64,000 nucleotides of DNA from Bacillota bacterium (GCA_049323895.1 JBMOKT010000008.1:12985-76984), one strand, 5' to 3'. Numbered from the stretch's first letter, positions 9,260 to 18,490 are shown. The notes: generated from the sequence alone by a model not told the origin. Translations and numbers: made by a program.

Positions 9260-9295
9260 AAAACGCCTTACGGCGTTTAGTGGCTAGTAAAACAC
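9258..9295 (+). repeat. Hairpin plus TAGTGGCTAGTAAAACAC module (family A variant)
   Basis: aaAACGCCttacGGCGTTTAGTGGCTAGTAAAACAC. A near-identical module occurs at 48357-48395, and a partial one at 4346-4368. Each directly follows a plus-strand stop codon. Confidence 0.7.
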
Positions 9296-9370
9296 TTTAA
9301 AAAAGCTGAACTGGGCTAGTTATACACAACTAAAAATTTATTTTTTCCTGAAGGATAAAAAAACTTCTTT

Positions 9371-10390
9371 TCACTCTTTTAAAATTTCTTCAAATATCTT
9401 CTCCCCACCATCTTCCATTACATTATAGACATTGACTGTCACACTTTTTTCAATTGCCTTCCGCAGGGCATCTTTATCGACAAAGGCCTCTTCATAATCC
9501 TCACTGTTAAAACGGAATTTTGGATAATAGGGATTTACTGTCACACAAATAATATTTGACCTTTTTTTTACCCTTAAGTTTATACCATTGCTGCTAAGTT
9601 CATTTATTATTTTATGAGTGGTTATTGCATTTCCCATAACTAAGATTTTGATAGGGTCTTGAAAAATTATTTTTTTCTTTTTCAAATCACTTAATTGACT
9701 TATCCTCTTAGACAAATAGCTAAAGCTTTTTTCCCCAATTATACCTTCTATTTCAACCGTGTCTTCATGACGCATTTTGCTTATCAAATCCTCAACAGCA
9801 TGGGTATTTAAAATAGAGCCTATCCTTTCAAACCAGCCTTGTTCCTGTATTAATTCAGTATTAAATATTTCAACAATACAATGAGTCTCATGGGCTAAGT
9901 CTATTATCTTAGACTTCCTAGCCGCCCCTGTTGTAAGTATTAAACCATTAACCTCAACCATAGGGGCTATACGGTTAAGGGCACCATCTACCAATATAAA
10001 ATCTAAATTATAGCGGCGGAGCTTACTCAATACTTTTTTTAGTTCACTGCTTTTGTTTGGACCGGCAACTACCAGTCTCCCCCCCCTAAATACCTTGCCC
10101 AGTATTATTTTTCCTAGGGGAGTAGAAATGTCCGTTACCTCAAATACATCAATTTTTGCATCACTTACTTCCAGGCACTTTTCAGCTGCCGCCACTAAAA
10201 CTCCAGGCCAGACTTCTATCTTTGGCTTAGGCAGACCTGTAACGTTATCTAAATCTTCGCCATCATAGCCGATACTTGTCAGACCTAAATTTAATTTTCT
10301 TCTTTGAATTTGCTCCATAATCACATTAGTTGTTGTTGTCTTACCTGTGTTCTTTGCAGTTCCGGCTATTCCTATTACTTTGGTCTCCAT
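9371..10390 (-). CDS. P-loop NTPase of unknown function, last gene of the cryptic operon
   Basis: The track ORF is trimmed to the ATG at 10390 (METKVIGIAGTAKNTGKTTTT, a Walker A motif), which has GAAGG 6 nt upstream. That start lies 1 nt after the stop of the 600-aa gene. Confidence 0.6.
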   Translation of the reverse strand: METKVIGIAGTAKNTGKTTTTNVIMEQIQRRKLNLGLTSIGYDGEDLDNVTGLPKPKIEVWPGVLVAAAEKCLEVSDAKIDVFEVTDISTPLGKIILGKVFRGGRLVVAGPNKSSELKKVLSKLRRYNLDFILVDGALNRIAPMVEVNGLILTTGAARKSKIIDLAHETHCIVEIFNTELIQEQGWFERIGSILNTHAVEDLISKMRHEDTVEIEGIIGEKSFSYLSKRISQLSDLKKKKIIFQDPIKILVMGNAITTHKIINELSSNGINLRVKKRSNIICVTVNPYYPKFRFNSEDYEEAFVDKDALRKAIEKSVTVNVYNVMEDGGEKIFEEILKE

Positions 10391-10391
10391 T

Positions 10392-12194
10392 TCAGCCTTC
10401 TTGTACTGTATTTTTTCCGGCACGACCTGGGTAAGCACCTTCCTCCCGGGTTCCTAATAGTCCATCATATAAAGCCTGGACAAAGTCACCTTTGGCGGCT
10501 ACTTCTTTTAAAACAGCTGCAATGCCTGAGATAATTTCTTCCTTCCATAATTGGGCTTTTTCAGTTGCTTTAACCCCTGCACTTCCTAAGAACCTAAAGC
10601 TTTCTTGAACACCCCGCAAAGTATCAACCTTAGAAGGGACGCTGATGGGTCCGCCTGAATAAGCTTCATCTGCAGAAGCGATGGAAATTGCGTCTACCCC
10701 AAGTGCACTAGCCAGCATACCATGCAGTGAAGTTGCTAAACTTGATTGCACCCTGTCTTCAGTCTGGGTCAAAAATCCAATGGGTGCACCAGGCCAGATG
10801 GGAGCATTTATAATACTTCTTAAAGCCTCAATTTTCGCTGCATTAAAGTCCAGATAATTATCCTCCATTTGTCCGCCGATCATCATTTCCGGTGAATAAG
10901 CAAATAACGGCTGCAGGATGGGTCTGCCTCCCAGCTTTACCGCCAAATCCGCCATAATCAACATACCGGCAAAGGCTTTATAGGCAGGAACTCCCGTCAA
11001 TTCCTCATTGGTTACAATATCAAAAGGCATATTATATTTTGCAGCATATTTAATGGCATAATAGCCATCAACCGTTAAACGGGCAGGATCTGTACCGGCT
11101 GCCAGGGAGCCATAACATATATTTATTTTAGTCAAGTCTGCCCCTATTTTTCCTGCAAGGACTACTGTTTCAGGTGTATTTAAACCCCTGTGGGCTCTAA
11201 CCTGCCAAAGGGTAGATTTCTCTAAGGAATCGTAAATTCTTTTTAGATTTTCCGGGGTAATGACGGTTCCATCCTCCTGATGGGTTAGGTTCCCCCCCAG
11301 AAAACCTTCGGTGCGGGCGCCCCAGGATGGGTCAAAATGGACAACACCATCTACACCCCAAGCTTCACTTACTTTAATATGACCAATATCCATAAATGGA
11401 CAGCCTGTCCCATACTGATTCCAGACTATTGGGAGTTTTTTTGTATGCTGTAATTTTTTTACCTTCATATTTTTTTTGACTTCATTGATAAAGGAATGAT
11501 AACTGTCTAATTCGTCCCTTGTTAGTTCCCTTGTTTTAGGATGGATCTTACCCTCCAAATAATACTCCCGTGGAACCTGATCGCATAATTGGGGATATTT
11601 TGCAAGAAATTCTGTATTATCACCATTAAAAGTCCAAACTCCATCCCTTAGCTTTGCCCTCTCAACACCTGGAGAAGTCTTGTTTTTAGCCCAACTGATA
11701 ATCTGATTGCTTATTTTGTCAAGCAAATCACCAATATTCGCGTTGTAGTACCTATAATTATAGCCTTGAGTGATGTCGATTTTTTCCTTTCTTACTACTG
11801 CATCCTCAGGATTGTATTCCCGCCCTTCTACAAAGGCTAAGGCTTCTTCTACTGTGGTTCCTGGTCCAAAGCCGGCATCAAAACCTAACTCAGCCGCTAA
11901 TTCGGGGCGAATTGCCATCCCACCGATGCCGATCTTTACTTTTTCCCGCAACCCAGCAGCATCAGCCAGATCAACAAACCTTGCCAGCAATTCTGCTACA
12001 CCGTATCCTAAAGTTCTACTCAACAGCAGAGTATTGAATTGTTCATCCATAGCAATTCTGATTATTTCCTCCGGCGGTGTATCAGGCGGCAACAGCTTAG
12101 TTTCTATTCCCAATTCCTCAAGTGCCCGTTTAATCATTTTTAACCCTATATCATGAACAGGGTCTAAAGGGGACAATAATACCTTTTTGGACAT
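10392..12194 (-). CDS. Fusion protein: N-terminal B12-binding-like Rossmann domain plus a large C-terminal TIM-barrel-like domain (mutase/aminomutase-like)
   Basis: 600 aa. The N-terminal roughly 130 aa read LLSPLDPVHDIGLKMI...LLLSRTLGYG...KIGIGG, like a cobalamin-binding domain (HxxG retained, Asp shifted by one). The remainder is long alpha/beta sequence. Family assignment is not verified. Confidence 0.45.
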   Translation of the reverse strand: MSKKVLLSPLDPVHDIGLKMIKRALEELGIETKLLPPDTPPEEIIRIAMDEQFNTLLLSRTLGYGVAELLARFVDLADAAGLREKVKIGIGGMAIRPELAAELGFDAGFGPGTTVEEALAFVEGREYNPEDAVVRKEKIDITQGYNYRYYNANIGDLLDKISNQIISWAKNKTSPGVERAKLRDGVWTFNGDNTEFLAKYPQLCDQVPREYYLEGKIHPKTRELTRDELDSYHSFINEVKKNMKVKKLQHTKKLPIVWNQYGTGCPFMDIGHIKVSEAWGVDGVVHFDPSWGARTEGFLGGNLTHQEDGTVITPENLKRIYDSLEKSTLWQVRAHRGLNTPETVVLAGKIGADLTKINICYGSLAAGTDPARLTVDGYYAIKYAAKYNMPFDIVTNEELTGVPAYKAFAGMLIMADLAVKLGGRPILQPLFAYSPEMMIGGQMEDNYLDFNAAKIEALRSIINAPIWPGAPIGFLTQTEDRVQSSLATSLHGMLASALGVDAISIASADEAYSGGPISVPSKVDTLRGVQESFRFLGSAGVKATEKAQLWKEEIISGIAAVLKEVAAKGDFVQALYDGLLGTREEGAYPGRAGKNTVQEG

Positions 12195-12433
12195 TATTTA
12201 ACCTCCTCCCCTGAAAATAACCATCCATACCTATCACCAGATCTATGTAAATATGCCCTGGTCCTCACCCTGGCTCCAGGACCGATAAATTCCATAAATA
12301 CAATATCAACATCATCAAAGCCTAAATTCTTCATCATCTGCAGAGCCATTTTCTTCCCCTCTTCTTCGCTGTCACATACTAAAAATGTCTCTACATCCAA
12401 GGCATCCATTACCTTTTCTAAAACCTTAGCCAA
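12194..12433 (-). CDS. Small (79 aa) protein translationally coupled to the B12-domain protein
   Basis: TTG start with GGAGGG 6 nt upstream. Its stop TAA overlaps the downstream ATG (TAATG). Confidence 0.55.
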   Translation of the reverse strand: MAKVLEKVMDALDVETFLVCDSEEEGKKMALQMMKNLGFDDVDIVFMEFIGPGARVRTRAYLHRSGDRYGWLFSGEEVK

Positions 12434-12527
12434 CTAAGACCCTCCTTTACCTCAATATAATCAATCAATAATTTCTCTAGTAAAGTTTTCCCTAATTTTA
12501 AAATAAAAATGTGGATTTTTAAAAAAT

Positions 12528-12668
12528 AGTTACTAGTGACTGGTGACTGGTGACTTGTAAGTCTTAGACTTAACCTTAAAATACCGGAGTCGTATACTAG
12601 TAGGTATTATAGTTGATGGTCAATAGTTGATGGTCAATAGTCAATGGTCAGGTAGTAAATAGTGACCG
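12528..12668. repeat. Family-A tandem repeat patch: (ACTGGTG)x3, then (TTGATGGTCAATAG)x2.5
   Basis: tagttactagtgactggtgactggtgacttg ... atagttgatggtcaatagttgatggtcaatagtcaatggtcagg, read directly. Confidence 0.85.
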
Positions 12669-12853
12669 TTCAAATGTGGTAGATGGCAAGGCACATAAAA
12701 TCCCCGAGGCCGCAGGCGTATATAAATTGGGGACATTCCTCATCCACAAAGCTAAACTTGCAGAGAGGAGTGTCCCCTTTCCTTTTTCCGTTGAGGATTT
12801 TGACCCTTTTTTGGAACGCAGCTATGCGAAGTTTTTCAAAAGCCAATCATAAT

Positions 12854-14242
12854 CTACATGAGGAGGATGGCTACTATTGTCGCCCCCAGCAACCCCGCCA
12901 CCACAGGGATAAAGTTTCTACGGGCTAATTCCATAGGGTCTACCCCACAGATAGCCGCAACAGGTATCAACCCCCAGGGAACTACCGTTCCGCCGCCGAC
13001 CCAAACAGATGCCAGCTGTCCTAAAGCACCTAATGTACCTTTATCAACTGCAATAGCACTGCTGAAAGTTTGAGCTAGTGACCCTACTAAAGGAAGTCCG
13101 GAAAAACCGGAACCATCCAATCCTGTAATCGCCCCAATAATAAGTTGGATGAAGGCCACAGGGACTCTGCTTAAAGGTACTGAGGCGGCTAAAGCATTTC
13201 CTAAGTCTGTAAGAAGTCCGGTAGCCTGCTCTCCCAGGATAACCTTAGCAGTTCCTTCGGAACCAAGGAAGAAAAATCCGCCTATGACAATTACGGGGGC
13301 AAAGATTTTGATTCCAAACATAAAACCGTCTCTTATATAGTCTGTAATCTTCTCTAATGAATCCAATCCAAATTGCAACAGGGCGGCCAAACACATTATA
13401 AATGCTGCTGTCCCACCAATCAGGGCAGTAGCATCACCGCCCCGGATTTGATACAGATAAAGCATAACTACATCTATACCAAAAGCTACAGGTACAAGAA
13501 TGGCTATGAAGTAGGATACCCATGTGAACTTTTGACTAGCCTTAGCTTCTTGCTCTTTAGCCATTTTCTTTTGCTCAGCCTTAAGTGATTCCTGGTTTCT
13601 GCCAATATCCCTTTTCAACATCACAAATGCAGTTACAGAAGCAATAATAGAACAGGTAAGCCAAAGAGGTATACTAGGTCCAATTACCCCCGAGGCATCA
13701 GCAAAACCAGCTGACTTAGCAGTAATGGCAGGCGCTCCCTGTATAAAGTAGTCAGATGATAATCCTATACCATGACCAAAAATATTCATGGCGATAGCTG
13801 CACCCATTACCGGCAGTCCTGCCCGAACAGCAACGGGCAGCACTATGGCGCCTATTAACGCTACAGCAGGAGATGGCCAGACAAACCACGAGACTAACAA
13901 CATCGCAAAACCCAAAACCCAAAAGGCAATATTGGGATTTACCATTGCCCTGGCTGCCGGCTGCATGACCAGATAGTCGGCTCCTACATCGGCAAGTGCC
14001 TTGGACATGGCAACCACTAGAGAGATTATGGCAATAATACCCCAAAATTCATTGCCTGCTGCAATTAAGGCATTATAAACAACCTGAAAGGAACCGATAA
14101 AATTTCCCTTTGCAGCAAATCCGATTATAAATAATCCTAAGAAACAAGGTAGTACCGTGTCTCTTCTAAGTATCATGGTTATTAGAACTACTAAAACCAT
14201 AAATACGTAAACCCAGTGCAGCATAGTTAATTGTACTTCCAC
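12854..14242 (-). CDS. Large polytopic permease (ion-transporter-superfamily-like), substrate unknown
   Basis: 462 aa. GTG start with GGAGGG 6 nt upstream. About 12 hydrophobic segments with a central charged loop (KAEQKKMAKEQEAKASQK). Confidence 0.6.
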   Translation of the reverse strand: MEVQLTMLHWVYVFMVLVVLITMILRRDTVLPCFLGLFIIGFAAKGNFIGSFQVVYNALIAAGNEFWGIIAIISLVVAMSKALADVGADYLVMQPAARAMVNPNIAFWVLGFAMLLVSWFVWPSPAVALIGAIVLPVAVRAGLPVMGAAIAMNIFGHGIGLSSDYFIQGAPAITAKSAGFADASGVIGPSIPLWLTCSIIASVTAFVMLKRDIGRNQESLKAEQKKMAKEQEAKASQKFTWVSYFIAILVPVAFGIDVVMLYLYQIRGGDATALIGGTAAFIMCLAALLQFGLDSLEKITDYIRDGFMFGIKIFAPVIVIGGFFFLGSEGTAKVILGEQATGLLTDLGNALAASVPLSRVPVAFIQLIIGAITGLDGSGFSGLPLVGSLAQTFSSAIAVDKGTLGALGQLASVWVGGGTVVPWGLIPVAAICGVDPMELARRNFIPVVAGLLGATIVAILLM

Positions 14243-14266
14243 AGCTTTCCCTCCTTTTACTGAGGA

Positions 14267-15547
14267 TTATACTACCGATTGATTATAAAAATTAGTCATC
14301 CCAGCTTTTTCTACTTTTTGTTTTATTTGATTAATTTCAGTGGTGTATAGATTTAATTCTTTCATTCTTTGGAAATAGACAGAACCGGAGAATGTATACT
14401 TCTTGGTAATACCTTCTTCCGTACCCATCTGTTCATTGACATGGGCAATGGCATCACCGATAGCTAAACTAGTAGGTATTTCTTTCAGCTCTTTACCTGC
14501 CGCATATCGTACAGCATTGTTACCCGCTAAACTTCCGGTGACAATAGCTTCAGTATGCCCTACTAAAAGCCCTGCCTTTTCCCCGCCGCAGAAAAGGTTA
14601 TCAACACCTTTTGTCTTTAGGTAATTGTCACGGGGGGAAAGTGCTAAATAGCGCATTGAGTTTCCAATACCACCTGCATATGGGTCTTCGAAACGGGCAT
14701 TTTCAAAGCCCGGAATCATACGCAGTGTTTCTAAAGGATAATATGGTGACATCAGCTTAGCATGTCCGGTATCCAGCAAAATAATATTTTCCTGGAATTC
14801 TTTCAGGGCATATTGCTGACATGCCTTAGACTCCAATGCACCTTCCTTTTGCAATTTAGCAGGGATAGGAATTACTGCAACACCTTTAGCATTTAACTCT
14901 TCCACAATGCTTTCGGCAAGGGATTCCTTATGCAACTTACAGGAGCCGCTCATTGCCCCAACCGAACCATCAGCCTTCTTACCTTTAAATTCTTCTACCC
15001 CGCACTTGGTTGCCAACTCAATACGTGGTCCAAAGGTTGGACAGCGGTAAATACACATGGCACAACCATTGCCATATTTCAAACAGTTGCCCTGGGGACC
15101 TGCCGTACCACTGGCTTCTACAAAAACATCGCCTGTATATTCATTGCCATCTTGGTCAATAACCGCTGCTATTTTTTTTCCTTCCATTTTTACATCCTTA
15201 ACCCTTGCCTCCAGCTTATATTCAACACCGGCTTCATCAAGCTTACGGCGAACTGCAGGCTCTATTTTGGCCACATCATATAATGTAGCATGCTTGTGCC
15301 CTGGGAATTCTATATTTTTGTGACGGGCAGTCTCATCAACGGCATCAAATAATTCATTAGCCCCCATCGCAATAGATTCTTCTGTAGCTGTAAAACGTCC
15401 GTTATTGCGCATAATTCCGCCAACCAACCCTGTACCCAAAAACATATCCGTTCTTTCTAAAACTATAACATCTGCACCGGCTTTTTTTGCCGTAAGACCG
15501 GCGGCACAGCCGGCCCAGCCCCCACCGACAACTACAACTCTAACCAT
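14267..15547 (-). CDS. FAD-dependent protein of the GidA/TrmFO-like fold with a CxxCxxxC cysteine motif
   Basis: Trimmed to the ATG at 15547 (MVRVVVVGGGWAGCAAG, a dinucleotide-binding motif) with GGAG 8 nt upstream. The C-terminal LRMIPGFENARF...LFCGGEKAGLLVGHTEAIVTGSLAG resembles TrmFO/GidA. The cysteine motif is GNGCAMCIYRCP. Confidence 0.55.
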   Translation of the reverse strand: MVRVVVVGGGWAGCAAGLTAKKAGADVIVLERTDMFLGTGLVGGIMRNNGRFTATEESIAMGANELFDAVDETARHKNIEFPGHKHATLYDVAKIEPAVRRKLDEAGVEYKLEARVKDVKMEGKKIAAVIDQDGNEYTGDVFVEASGTAGPQGNCLKYGNGCAMCIYRCPTFGPRIELATKCGVEEFKGKKADGSVGAMSGSCKLHKESLAESIVEELNAKGVAVIPIPAKLQKEGALESKACQQYALKEFQENIILLDTGHAKLMSPYYPLETLRMIPGFENARFEDPYAGGIGNSMRYLALSPRDNYLKTKGVDNLFCGGEKAGLLVGHTEAIVTGSLAGNNAVRYAAGKELKEIPTSLAIGDAIAHVNEQMGTEEGITKKYTFSGSVYFQRMKELNLYTTEINQIKQKVEKAGMTNFYNQSVV

Positions 15548-15671
15548 GTAAAATCTCCTTTCAATAAGATAAACTAAGCCTGATAGCCAAATAATCTTTA
15601 GCAATAGTATTCAAACTTCACTTACTATTGACTATTGAGCATTAACAAGGAATATTTCTTCATAAATTGTG

Positions 15672-15731
15672 CTAGTCACTAGCAACTAATAGCTTTTTAC
15701 TAGCCACTAGCGACTAACAACTAGCCACTAA
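15672..15731. repeat. Family-A heptamer patch in inverted orientation (ctagtcactag..., tactagccactagcgactaacaactagccacta)
   Basis: Direct reading. It is the reverse complement of the TAGTGGC-type arrays and abuts the stop of the PLP gene. Confidence 0.8.
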
Positions 15732-17192
15732 TTAAAGCACCCCTGCATGCTTACATACAATCTCAATAAGTTTAACCAAAGCTCTCACGGCAATTCTCAT
15801 TCTGTCAGGGATTAGATTTCCATCGTCATCAGTAGTACCTAAACCGGTAGAAATATAGATGTTGCCATCGTAAGCAATTGTTGGAATTACACCAAATTTA
15901 GTCATCCCGGTTTGTAATATATTTGTTCCGGAATACATATCTTCGATGGAGAAGATAGGAATACCCATTTGTCCATTTTTCCAAGTGCCTTCGTAGTTTA
16001 CTTCCACAGCTGTAGAATTATATACCTTGGTTATCTTAATGCCATCTCTAAACTTAGCTGGGATATTCTTGAATTCTTCAACAACAATATCATACATTTC
16101 ATCAACAGGCTTAGTTAACACTTCAGGTTTATCACGCAGAACTTTTAATGCCTGCAGTTGAGTCAGCAAGGCTTCTTTACCTGGGTCAAAGGTTACATAT
16201 GCTGCTTTACCATAGGAGGATGGAGTTCCCCAACGGTCTCCATGCATACCTAGAGCGCGGCGGATAGGAACCATTACTTCTTCTTTTCCTATAATTAGTC
16301 CACTGGTGGCTGCTCCTGTGGCTTTATCCATACTGTAAGTAATTACGTCGCAATCAATTTTCACGGGGTCAATGCCTACGAAGGGAAGACCCCAGGCATT
16401 GTCAATTACATATGGTACATTATAGGAGTGTGCCAAGTCCGCAATATATTTGCAAAGTAATGGAGTGCCTTCCTCATCTTTAACTCCATAACCGTAACCA
16501 GGTGAAGGATAACCTAAAGAGGTAAAGCCTGTTAAAAATGCTTCGTGGATTTCAGCATGCAGGGCAATTCTTTCAATAGCCGCTTCCGGGTCAACTTCCG
16601 CTAGAAGTGGAACTGGATGGTTCTTAATTCCGTGGACTTCATACTTTGCACCTTCGAGTGGAACGATTACAGTATCAAGATTGTTTTGTCTCTTGCCATA
16701 GAAGCCTAACTCACCTGCAGTTGAACCCCTGTCGGCAAATAAATCCTTATATTTTCCCGGGAAAGGACGTCCATAACTGCCTTGGTGATGTAAATGCTTT
16801 TCATAGGGAGCAATATACCTTGCCCGGTAGTTGTCACCTCTTCCCTGCATGGGAGGTGTAAACAGGGTATCAAAGCAAGTCCAGAGAGTTGCTTCACAGG
16901 TACTGGTGGATGCAGCTTCCCAGCCATCACCATAAACATCTTTTACTACTTCCCTGATTTCATCCATTAATTTTGCCAGGGGAATTACTTCTTTGGCTCC
17001 GACTTCACCAGCTTCCAAAATATCTTTTCTTAAAGGAGCAGGACAACCTGAAATTGCACCGGTCAATCCAAACCTACCCCTAATCTCATGGGGAACACCA
17101 ATTTCATCTGCAGCCTTGGCTGCATCGGCATATATTTCAGGAACTTTGGCATGAAGCTGTTTGTACATTTGATATTTATATTTAGGACTCAT
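15732..17192 (-). CDS. Fold-type-I PLP enzyme of the SelA/DgaE-like group (possible ammonia-lyase or aminotransferase)
   Basis: 486 aa. YSMDKATGAATSGLIIGKEE resembles the PLP-lysine region of SelA-like proteins. AAGGAGG upstream. Confidence 0.5.
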   Translation of the reverse strand: MSPKYKYQMYKQLHAKVPEIYADAAKAADEIGVPHEIRGRFGLTGAISGCPAPLRKDILEAGEVGAKEVIPLAKLMDEIREVVKDVYGDGWEAASTSTCEATLWTCFDTLFTPPMQGRGDNYRARYIAPYEKHLHHQGSYGRPFPGKYKDLFADRGSTAGELGFYGKRQNNLDTVIVPLEGAKYEVHGIKNHPVPLLAEVDPEAAIERIALHAEIHEAFLTGFTSLGYPSPGYGYGVKDEEGTPLLCKYIADLAHSYNVPYVIDNAWGLPFVGIDPVKIDCDVITYSMDKATGAATSGLIIGKEEVMVPIRRALGMHGDRWGTPSSYGKAAYVTFDPGKEALLTQLQALKVLRDKPEVLTKPVDEMYDIVVEEFKNIPAKFRDGIKITKVYNSTAVEVNYEGTWKNGQMGIPIFSIEDMYSGTNILQTGMTKFGVIPTIAYDGNIYISTGLGTTDDDGNLIPDRMRIAVRALVKLIEIVCKHAGVL

Positions 17193-17214
17193 TTAAAATA
17201 AAACCTCCTTAATT

Positions 17215-17278
17215 TAGTGACTAGTGACTAGTCTTTTATTAGTAGTTAGTGGCTAGTGGCTAGTGGCTAGTTGGCTAG
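17215..17278. repeat. Family-A heptamer array: (TAGTGAC)x2, then (TAGTGGC)x3-4
   Basis: tagtgactagtgactagtcttttattagtagttagtggctagtggctagtggctagttggctag. It starts 4 nt upstream of the SD of the PLP gene. Confidence 0.9.
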
Positions 17279-17513
17279 AAAACGCGTTTCGCCATGAATG
17301 ACTAGCTTACTTGACGTGACATCATTAACCGTTGCTTCATTTGAAAAAATATATTCTTGCGTTAGTGATAATATATTTGGTCGGAGATTGCTTCAATCGC
17401 AAGCTCATTCGCAATGACAGGGTTAAAAATGCCGACCTATAATGAAACCTGTTAGACGTCATGCCTTTTTACAGTTAACTCGCCCACTGACATTCTGATT
17501 AACCTTTAAGCTA

Positions 17514-17978
17514 TCAGCTCTTCACTTTTACAATCATTTCTACTTCACAGGTTGAATCTAATGGAAGCTCATTGACTCCTACTGCTGCCCGGGCATGCTG
17601 ACCCTTTTCCCCAAAAATTTCACCAATCAATTCACTTGCACCATTAATTACTTTAGGCTGCAAACTAAAACCATCACTGCTAGCGACAAAACCCGTAACC
17701 TTTACTACTTTTTCCACCTTGTCTAAATCACCAATTACACCTTTGATAACACTTAAACAATTTAAGGCGCAAATTTTTGCTGCCTGGTACGCATCATCTT
17801 CTTTGACATCTTTCCCTACCTTGCCTTTATACTTTAGTTCACCGTTAACAAATGGAATTTGACCTGAAGTATAAACATAGCCATCAACTAGTACGGCAGG
17901 TACATAGGCTGCCACCGGCTTTGGAGCCTCAGGTATTTCCAGACCCATACTTTTTATCTTTTCCTCAATCTTGGACAT
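17514..17978 (-). CDS. RidA/YjgF/RutC-family protein (enamine/imine deaminase-like)
   Basis: 154 aa. YVYTSGQIP...ARAAVGVNELPLDSTCEVEMIV is typical of the family. GGGAGG upstream. Confidence 0.75.
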   Translation of the reverse strand: MSKIEEKIKSMGLEIPEAPKPVAAYVPAVLVDGYVYTSGQIPFVNGELKYKGKVGKDVKEDDAYQAAKICALNCLSVIKGVIGDLDKVEKVVKVTGFVASSDGFSLQPKVINGASELIGEIFGEKGQHARAAVGVNELPLDSTCEVEMIVKVKS

Positions 17979-18052
17979 AAATAAATCCTCCCTTCTAATT
18001 TTTTCTTCTTAGCAATCCTCTATTATTTTTCTTATGTGGCTGAACAATTATT

Positions 18053-18490
18053 CTAATGCTTATTTACAATAACTTCCATTCCAATTTCTGCATTAAGCTC
18101 TACCCCGGTAAGCCTTTGGTTGGATTTAATTACAATGTTTAAATGATTTGGCATATGGGTTTCATCAAAGCCGGCAATACTTCCAATTAATTGATTACCC
18201 AGGTACAGTTTATCTCCTGAAAGCATGACACTTCCCTGTTCCACCTCAAAAAAACCTAAATATGATATGGTATCTACCTTTTTGCCTGGTCCTGCTTCCG
18301 GTTCATCGGTAATTATCAATTCATGAATTTCATTTTTATTAAGTGCCCTGGAAATAGGTGTTATTAACTTTAAATTTCGCCCCTCCAGCTTGCCATCTAA
18401 GACAACAACCAAAGTACCCTTGATTTCCCTTTTTTTTGCATAAGGATTTGTTTTAAACAGCCCAGCCAGATATGGATCAATTCCTGGCAA
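18053..18490 (-). CDS. Hypothetical protein, first gene of the cryptic operon
   Basis: The track ORF 18053..18514 is trimmed to the TTG at 18490, because the sequence AAGGAGGTG lying inside the track N-terminus is a far better SD for it. No family recognised. Confidence 0.5.
   Translation of the reverse strand: MPGIDPYLAGLFKTNPYAKKREIKGTLVVVLDGKLEGRNLKLITPISRALNKNEIHELIITDEPEAGPGKKVDTISYLGFFEVEQGSVMLSGDKLYLGNQLIGSIAGFDETHMPNHLNIVIKSNQRLTGVELNAEIGMEVIVNKH

Noticed and set aside
12683-12928. Plus-strand 81-aa ORF in the operon gap.
   Set aside because: It starts in repeat and hairpin DNA, has no SD, and its 3' third is antisense to the permease gene.
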